Below are positions 56,671-64,000 of a DNA stretch of 64,000 nucleotides, piece by piece. The translations under genes and the position numbers were made by a program. The stretch lies in NCBI GenBank assembly GCA_964016885.1, contig OZ024741.1:340070001-340134000 (forward strand). Reading direction: 5' to 3'. The notes beneath the pieces were generated by a model, which was not told where the DNA came from, searched no databases, and saw only the letters and a list, made by a program, of their open reading frames with translations. The stretch is from Eledone cirrhosa. Taxonomy: Eukaryota. Each line of letters opens with the position of its first letter. Within the stretch, counting starts at the first letter, position 1.

Positions 56671-58625
56671 CAGAAAGGACGAGAATAAGGGAGATGACAT
56701 AGGCAACTTCCGGCCCATAACTCAGCTAAACACAGAGTTACAGATTTTGGCCAAGGTGTTGGCAAAGAGGCTGGCGCTTGTCGTCGAAAACCTGGTGGGA
56801 GAAGCGCAGACATGCGCTATCCCGACCAGGTCCATACATGACAACCTCCACCTCATGCGATACATCATAGAGAGGGTAGGGTGTAAACCCGGCTTCGGTG
56901 GGGCAATGATCAACTTGGATCAGTCTAAGGCTTTCGATAGGGTTGCCCATCGTTACCTGGATGCGGTACTCGAGGCGGCAGGCTTCGGATCCGTGTTCAG
57001 GGGCTGGATTGCTGCAATGCACAACAGCAACATCTGCTCAAGGGTCAAGGTGAACGGCTACCTCTCGGAGCCGTTCCATATCACGAGATCCATCCGACAG
57101 GGATGCCCTCTCTCCTCCCTTCTTTACGTACTGACTCTCGAGCCACGACTGCGGAAGTTGGAGCTATTGCAGGGCATCCCTCTAGAACCGGGACTGCAGA
57201 AAGCGACGTCGGCCGACGACGTGACAGTCATGGTGTCGAGCACCTCGCAAATCGAGGGAAGTCGGCACCTTACTGAAGGAATACGAAAGGTACACAGGAG
57301 CGAAGCTGAACCCGGACAAGTCCGTCAGTTTGCAACTCGGATCCTGGAGAGGCAAACCGATGCCTTCCGATGGCGTCGTCGGACGCTGGACGGAAGGACC
57401 GGTAAAGCTGCTCGGGGTCTGGTTTGGTCCGGACCTCCAGGTGGAGAAAAACTGGAAGGAGGTGACGGCCAAGGTGTTTGCACTCACGCAGAAGTGTGCC
57501 GAGTGCAAACTATCCTTGAAAGGTCGAGAGGAGGTGGCGAACACTTTTATAGCGTCCGTCACCTACTACCGCTTGACCGTCGTGCCTTGTCCAGCCAAAA
57601 CGCTCAACAAAATGGAGCGCGCGATCTTCCAATTCTTTTGGAAGAAGCGGGCTTCTTTGGTGAGAAGATCCATCTGCTGCCAACACCCTTCCAACGGAAG
57701 GCTGGGGATGCCGTGGCTGACGATGCGCAAACACGCACTCAGGCTGCGGCATCTCTACGTATTCCTCACCGGACAACCGGTGTGGCGCCTTTCGTGAGGC
57801 GAGCCTTCTCACGACTCGTCTCGCTGACCGAGCTGCAGTCCTGGGTCAAGCAAAGACCGAGGAAAATGGGCGACTGGCACATCGAATGTACTCTGGCGCT
57901 CACAACCCTCTGGCAGGCGGACTCGGCGATCAGTGGAGACTCCACTTTGTCATTCTATAGAGGGTTGATCCGCAGTAAGTGCGACGACGTGCTCGGAGAA
58001 ACTCTAGGCGTAGAGGAAGATGAACTGGCCAGTCTGTTCGGTAGAACCTTCCGCCCGGGACCGATGGACAACTTCCAAAAGTCCCTGGCTTGGCAGTGCT
58101 ACCGGGGAGCTCTACCAGTTCGAGACAAGCTCTACAGACACGGGCGCCCGGGCAGGGAACCTTCGAAAAAGATCTGCCCGAGATGCCTGCGAGACGAAGA
58201 AACCGTCGCGCACGCATTCATAAATTCCTGGACGTTACCGACCTGTGGGGTTATGTAGAACGACTATTGTCGCGGGTGGGACCAATCCGGTTGACCACCG
58301 AGTCCATTGTCATGATCAAACCGCCACCCTCCTTCAACAACGAAGGAGAGGCGGTTTTCCTTTGTGTGATAGCTATGGCGAAAGAGGTTGTATGGTGGAC
58401 GAGGTTAAAAGGGCTGAGGTCAGACACCTTTCTCTCCGGCCAACAACTGATTCTTTTTTTCAAATACCACTTTGGAAGAAGAATCAGGATGGAGAGAGAG
58501 GGGCTGTACCCCAGCAAGTTTGATGAAAGGTGGGGGAAAGTGGCGAGAATGGCCCGAGTGAATGGGCCTTCTCTCTATATCAACCTTGAGGAAAAAGAAG
58601 AAGGGAGGAAAGGGCTACAAACCGA
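56671..58625 (+). mobile_element. 5'-truncated, frameshifted Tx1/L1-clade LINE ORF2 (reverse transcriptase plus C-terminal zinc knuckle)
   Basis: Motifs NFRPITQLNTELQILAKVLAKRL, LDQSKAFDRV, SIRQGCPLS, SADDVTV (degenerate YADD), VKLLGVWF and [15 protein letters not shown]. Frameshifts at about 57,260, 57,785 and 58,225. It begins after (TCTA)n and ends at (TA)n. Confidence 0.93.
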
Positions 58626-58631
58626 TACGTG

Positions 58632-58728
58632 CATATATATATATGTGTGTGCATGTATGTATATATATACATACTACTGTACGTCTGTATACATATATGT
58701 ATGTAGGTGTACATACATACATACTTAC

Positions 58729-58774
<46 letters not shown>

Positions 58775-58775
58775 G

Positions 58776-58872
<97 letters not shown>
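58632..58872. repeat. (TA)n-rich compound microsatellite
   Basis: Direct inspection. Confidence 0.95.
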
Positions 58873-58874
<2 letters not shown>

Positions 58875-59436
58875 AATTAGTATTTGTGTTCTGAAATAGC
58901 GATGTATGAAGGAATGTACGTATAGTATATTTGATAATATACTGTATGTTTATTTTAAAACATTTTGAAGACCATTCGCTATGAGTTTTAAAGTAATGAC
59001 TACGTCACATACTTGGCCTCGGCAAAATCCCTTTGTTTTTGCCGAGACTAAATATGTGACGTAGTCACTACTTTAAAACTCATAGCGAATGGTCTTGAAA
59101 ATGATTTTAAATAAACATACAGCATATTATCAAATATACTATACATACATACATTCAGAGCACCAATACTAATTCATATGTTTTTCTGGACCGACAACCG
59201 TTCCGATGTTTAATCAGCTCTTAAACATCATTGGAATTCTATAAGAATCCAGCTTCTATAACTCGGCAGTAATTTTGCCAATCGCTAACGAGCGAGAAAC
59301 GACCGTCGATTGCTTCCCTTTGTTTTTGCCGAGACCAAGTAAGTGATGTAGTCACTACTTTAAAACTCATAGCGAATGGTCTTCAAAATGTTTTAAATAA
59401 ACATACAGTATATTATCAAATATACTATACATACAT
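58872..59436. mobile_element. Three copies of a ~120-150-bp unit: an inverted pair (58,872-59,027 and 59,037-59,176) plus a direct copy (~59,315-59,436); Penelope-pLTR-like architecture
   Basis: ttttgccgag...gtagtcactactttaaaactcatagcgaatggtctt...aaataaacatacag.atattatcaaatatactatac occurs twice on the plus strand and once reverse-complemented. The block is bounded by (TA)n on both sides. Confidence 0.7.
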
Positions 59437-59456
59437 TAATATATATTTATATACAT

Positions 59457-59495
<39 letters not shown>

Positions 59496-59635
59496 GAAAA
59501 GTGTAATTTTCTACACAAAGCGAAGGTTATAGAGAAAATTGAGGTTGGTAATGGCACATGGAATATATAAGAGACAGAATACTTTTTTGTGAAAAAACAT
59601 AATTTTATAAGGTAAGGAAATAATAAAGGGTATAA

Positions 59636-59684
59636 AAAATGACCGGTTTCGATGGGTCTGCAAAAGCCATCTTTTCAAATGTTG
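59636..59684 (-). ncRNA. Decayed hammerhead motif in the Penelope 3' region
   Basis: Minus strand: uugaaaa-GAUGG...CCAUC-GAAACCGGUC/. It has the palindromic GAAACCGGUC and a 5-bp stem II, but the CUGANGA box has two substitutions. Confidence 0.45.
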
Positions 59685-59987
59685 ATTAATATTAAGAAAA
59701 ATTAATAATACGAAGAGTTAAAATTTGAGACTTGAAAATTCAAGTATAAAATTCATTGTGGGATTTCATAGCAGTTTTCATCTTGGTAGCAACAACAGGT
59801 TGACTGCTGTGTCCCTTTCTGGTAGTGAATGAGAAGTTATTTGGGGTGTGGGTTATTTTATAAAGGTCAGATTTAGCAATCGCCAGCTGCTGGTCAGTGA
59901 GGGGGTGGAAGCAATATACATACACATATCTTCCTGTGATGGGTAGGAGAGTGGAGCGTGATAGAAAGGGATTTAGTGCACTTACAC

Positions 59988-60135
59988 CTATATATACACA
60001 CATACCTTCATCCACACATACATACATATACATATACATATATATATATATATATATATACATATACACACATACATACACACACACATACATATACATA
60101 CACACATACACACACACACATATATATATACACAT

Positions 60136-60184
<49 letters not shown>

Positions 60185-60229
60185 TATATATACATATACA
60201 TACACATACATCCAGATACACACATACAT

Positions 60230-60328
<99 letters not shown>

Positions 60329-60635
60329 CACACATACATACACACACACACACATATATATATACATACACACATACAAACATACACACACACACACACA
60401 TATATATACACACACATACACACACATATATATACACACACACGCATATATATATATATATATACACATACGCATACATCCAGATACCCACATACATACA
60501 CACACACGCACACACAATACATACATCCACATGCACACACATACACACACACACACATATACACATACATACACCCACACACAGAGAAATGGCCTTCAAA
60601 TATATATATATATATATATACATACAGACACATAT
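59988..60635. repeat. Long compound (CA)/(TA)/(CATA) microsatellite
   Basis: Direct inspection. It is the source of the spurious YI/HT/CV ORFs. Confidence 0.95.
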
Positions 60636-60919
60636 ATTTTTTCCATAATATAAGAAGTTGGGGCAGTGAAATTAAAATACAAGTCATTCTGATCACATTG
60701 AGTTCTTCATGTAGATTGGGCCCCGCAACCGACAGTGGTGAATTCTGTGTGCGCATATATATATAGATATATGTGTGTGCACGTGCAGGGTTTAACATGG
60801 ATGTGTTGGTCACACAAAGGCATGGTCTGTCAATGAATAAACCTGATTCTACAGAATTGGTCTCTGGTCTTTAATAGTAGTGATTCCGTGCGTATGTGTG
60901 TTTATATTTTATGACAATT

Positions 60920-61431
60920 CTATTGGGGTGATAACCCGTTTAGTTTTGGTTTAAATTTGTTAAGGAATAGATTTTCTTTGTTTATTCTTTGTTGCTGTGT
61001 GAACGAATCTGAGCACTTGTAGAAGGGGAAGATTTTAAAGTTGGGTAGTGTCATTCCTGCGCAGTTCGCAATATGGCTGCTCAAGGGGATTTTTCTTGTG
61101 TTAGCGTCCCGGATTTGTTGGCGGTGGATGGTCATTCTTTTGCGTAATGAGGTGCCCGTCTGTCCTATGTAGTTGTGTTTGCACCCACCGCAAGTTATTG
61201 CGTAAATCAAGTTCTCCGAGTTGCAGGTGAAATTGTTTTTTACTGTAAATGTTTGGCCATCTTTGAATGTAAATGTTTGTCCTTCAGTGAGGTAGAGGCA
61301 CGTTCCACAGTTTGTTCTACCACATTTGGTAACTGTAGGGTTGAGGATTGGTTTGGGTATATTTGGTCCAGTGAGAATGCGTTTAAGTGATTTGGGTTGT
61401 CTTTTACTTTTAAGGATCTTGTGTGTTTCAA

Positions 61432-61435
<4 letters not shown>
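60920..61435 (-). pseudogene. Penelope-type GIY-YIG endonuclease domain, 5'-truncated, open to its stop
   Basis: RQPKSLKRIL...KCGRTNCGTC...FTCNSENLIYAITCGGCKHNYIGQTGTSLRKRMTIHR...SHIANC...RINKENLFLNKFKPKLN. These are the LIY/YIG motifs, the conserved R, E and N residues, and the Cys/His motifs of PLE endonucleases. Confidence 0.9.
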
Positions 61436-61496
<61 letters not shown>

Positions 61497-61540
61497 AATA
61501 TATATGAATGTATGTATATGAATATATGTATATTTGAATG

Positions 61541-61597
<57 letters not shown>
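61436..61597. repeat. (TA)n/(TG)n microsatellite
   Basis: Direct inspection. Confidence 0.95.
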
Positions 61598-61599
<2 letters not shown>

Positions 61600-61782
61600 A
61601 TACAGTAATGAAGAATTCGAAATGTAAACCATGTGCATATCTAAGATTAACCAATGTACGAAGCATCATATATATGTGAATATATGTATATATTTCGTGT
61701 AATTATTTAACATCCCTTCTCCCTGATAGCAAATGTTCGATGACTCGTTGCCCACCAAACTATTACTCAAGAAGAGCTACTG

Positions 61783-61820
<38 letters not shown>

Positions 61821-61879
61821 GTAAACATATATATATATATATATATTACTCTAAGGACCTACCTTATCGAGTGCTTTGC

Positions 61880-62532
61880 TAACACATCATTTCATATAAG
61901 TAGGCCGAATTTGCTTGCAAACCGCCAGAGATTCGATTTTACTAAATTTCCAATTATATTATTCTCCTAGATTTAATAATTAACTAATTAATTTAATTAG
62001 ACAATTCTGTTGATTGGTTAATTATTTGTGTTTGTTTTATAACATCTAGTCGAGAGCTTATCGTGATGATTAGCGGAAATTAAAATATTTCCTTTGTCTA
62101 ACATTTTGAATGACCCGCCAAAAACCGGGGGTTATTTCTCTTACTGGAATTAACACGTGACAGCTATAGATACGATACGCTGCATCTAGCAGCAACATTT
62201 AGCCTATCACCCCTGTTCTGAGTAGAACGAAAAGCTGTTGAAAAACTGAATCCTCTGTTCGATCATGATACCACGAGCTTGCCAGTCACGTAAGTCTGAT
62301 ATTTGATTTCGGATTCAAAGAAACACTTTAAACGAATAGTCGTTTGATTTGTCCAGGTGTATTTTTCTCAACCTGTTAGTTCTATCGTTACTTTGGTATA
62401 TTATTGTGTTAGATTTTGCCTACCACAATTTTCGATTTGTCAAGCTATTTAAACGTATGCTAACTCATCATTTCATATAAATAGGCCGAATTTGCTTGCA
62501 AACCGCCAGAGATTCGATTTTACTAAATTTCC

Positions 62533-62540
<8 letters not shown>
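61880..62540. repeat. ~80-bp near-identical direct repeats (61,880-61,959 and 62,461-62,540) enclosing ~500 bp and followed by (TA)n
   Basis: taac.catcatttcatataa.taggccgaatttgcttgcaaaccgccagagattcgattttactaaatttccaattatat is present twice with 2 differences. Confidence 0.85.
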
Positions 62541-62613
<73 letters not shown>

Positions 62614-62903
62614 AAGCTCAAATGTATGTAGATAATTCTATATGATAGTATATAATTACCAAGTAGTTTCAGAATTAACTCAGTGTTTTTATATTATTGG
62701 TCTGATGAAAAGGTAGATATTTTAGGTAGAAAAAGTTGGAAAGAGCAAAAATAATCAAATATATAGATAGAAAAATAGTTTTTAAATCATGTTTCAAGAG
62801 AGTTATACATCGAATTATTGGATGAATGTTAAGTTTAATTCGTATAATCAAAATCTATACATACAAAACGATATACAAATGTAATTTGCTATATCATTAT
62901 ATA

Positions 62904-63190
62904 GAGAGTCCCTCCAGGTAGAGCCGCTTCTTCTCCAAATTGAGAGATCATAGCTCCGCTACTATGGGTATGTGGTTAGAATGTCTCAGGAAAGAATCGG
63001 TGGGCAGATTTTACGGGCAAAACCAACCGGCAAGCGACCCAGGGGTAGACTCCGAGCAAGACGGTTGGATAACATCCATGAGCTTGGTTGGTCACGCTTG
63101 GAGATCCAGCCGAATCAGTTGGAGACGGTTGCTTCTGACAGGACCTACTTGGAGGAGGAGAAGAAGGCTTTAGAGTTAATTCCCCTATCT
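62904..63190 (+). mobile_element. RTE-clade LINE C-terminal fragment (degenerate)
   Basis: ESLQVEPLLLQIERS*LRYYGYVVRMSQERIGGQILRAKPTGKRPRGRLRARRLDNI matches the RTE-type LRWxGHVxRM...GKRPRGRPxxRWxD tail. Confidence 0.8.
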
Positions 63191-63422
63191 ATGGCATGGT
63201 TTATGAACAAAATAGATTATGTATTTATGCATATGCACACAGACATAAAACACAATTTGTAATACAAGGGAGATAACTCTTAGAGCAAACAGCTAAAACA
63301 TTGTAGGAGTAAACTTCTTTTTTAAAGTTAATTGGCATAATTTATGAACAAATTAGGTTTTGTATTCACACATGCACGCGCGTGCGCGCACGGGCACAGA
63401 CACAGACACAGACACAGACACA

Positions 63423-63460
<38 letters not shown>

Positions 63461-63480
63461 CACACACACACACTCACAAG

Positions 63481-63920
63481 AACGACCTATCCAGCTCCGG
63501 TTGGGATTTAAGTTTTGATGTGTTGCAGTAACTCATGCGGCCAGACACTTCAAAGAGTATACCTGTCCTTCGTCACCTCACCTCCTCGTGAAGCTAGACA
63601 TGCGTAACACCTTCAAAAGCTTTAGGCGGGATTACGTTTTAGAGACCTGTATAAGACGCGCTCAGTTGCTGCACTCTCTCACATCTCACTTATGGGACAC
63701 CCAGCACACTCAAGGCTGCTGGCAAGCAAATCACCTCTGCCACGGGTATCCAGCAAGGAAAGACCGCTCCTTTTCGCGCTTGATGTTGATGACATCGCAT
63801 ACTCAGTCCATTCTTTGGTACTTAGAAGACCCGGCTCTGGGAAGCTCGGCTAAAACTGTCGTATATCTTGACGTATCCTCATCATAGTGTGATCTACAAC
63901 TCAACTGAACCTACTGTGAA
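63481..63920 (+). mobile_element. Degenerate CRE-like non-LTR reverse transcriptase fragment
   Basis: Across frameshifts: RPIQL..LGF, VTHAARHF, LLVKLDMRNTFKSFRRD, YGTPSTL, ITSATGIQQG, WYLED and LQLN*TYCE. These match CRE-type RT motifs (HAAR, KLDFxNAFNSxRR, SxTGVQQGDP, WYLDD, LNxxKCE). Confidence 0.7.
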
Positions 63921-64000
63921 CACGCGGTGGCCTACGCGGCATGGAACAAGCTTAGCTTTCCCTCTACGAACGTCCATCCTTCTCTCCCCATCGTAGAGAT

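Larger units (their letters stand above)
59500..61435 (-). mobile_element. 3' end of a Penelope-like retroelement: GIY-YIG endonuclease plus 3' UTR/pLTR, interrupted by an expanded (CA/TA)n tract
   Basis: GIY-YIG ORF at 60,920-61,435 and a degenerate hammerhead downstream on the same strand at ~59,640-59,684. Both ends abut (TA)n. Confidence 0.75.

Noticed and set aside
59740-60813. [12 protein letters not shown] ORFs here and at 50,268, 50,737, 58,562 and 61,240-61,679
   Set aside because: They are translations of dinucleotide microsatellites.

Overview
This is eukaryotic, repeat-rich DNA. The SINE, LINE, Penelope and (TA)n/(CA)n content suggests a mollusc, probably a cephalopod (inference). 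Positions 1-~45,790 are one tandem array of a 42-bp unit (about 1,090 copies) that runs off the left edge. The poly-Val ORFs in the supplied track are antisense shadows. The meaningful frame is on the minus strand, has no start codon and so is missing from the track. It encodes a 14-aa mucin-like repeat, TTDTTTTTTTTTTS (variant TSD...), entered through a short unique leader (VNISITTTTTDTTSD) at ~45,800 next to candidate phase-1 splice acceptors. Only the 5'-most ~5.1 kb (45,800-40,681) is free of lesions. Further on there are at least nine 1-bp frameshifts, several shared between higher-order duplicated blocks, and at least 15 in-frame stops, all below 29.5 kb. The array is therefore either a giant mucin PTS exon with assembly noise or a mucin exon decaying into satellite DNA. 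The remaining ~18 kb holds a 19/20-bp minisatellite, three tRNA-derived SINEs, a Tigger-like MITE, a 5'-truncated Tx1/L1-like LINE, a Penelope GIY-YIG 3' end, RTE- and CRE-like fragments, many microsatellites, several foldback or partial-tandem structures, and a cluster of type I hammerhead-ribozyme motifs, one of them complete. No other host exons could be identified.
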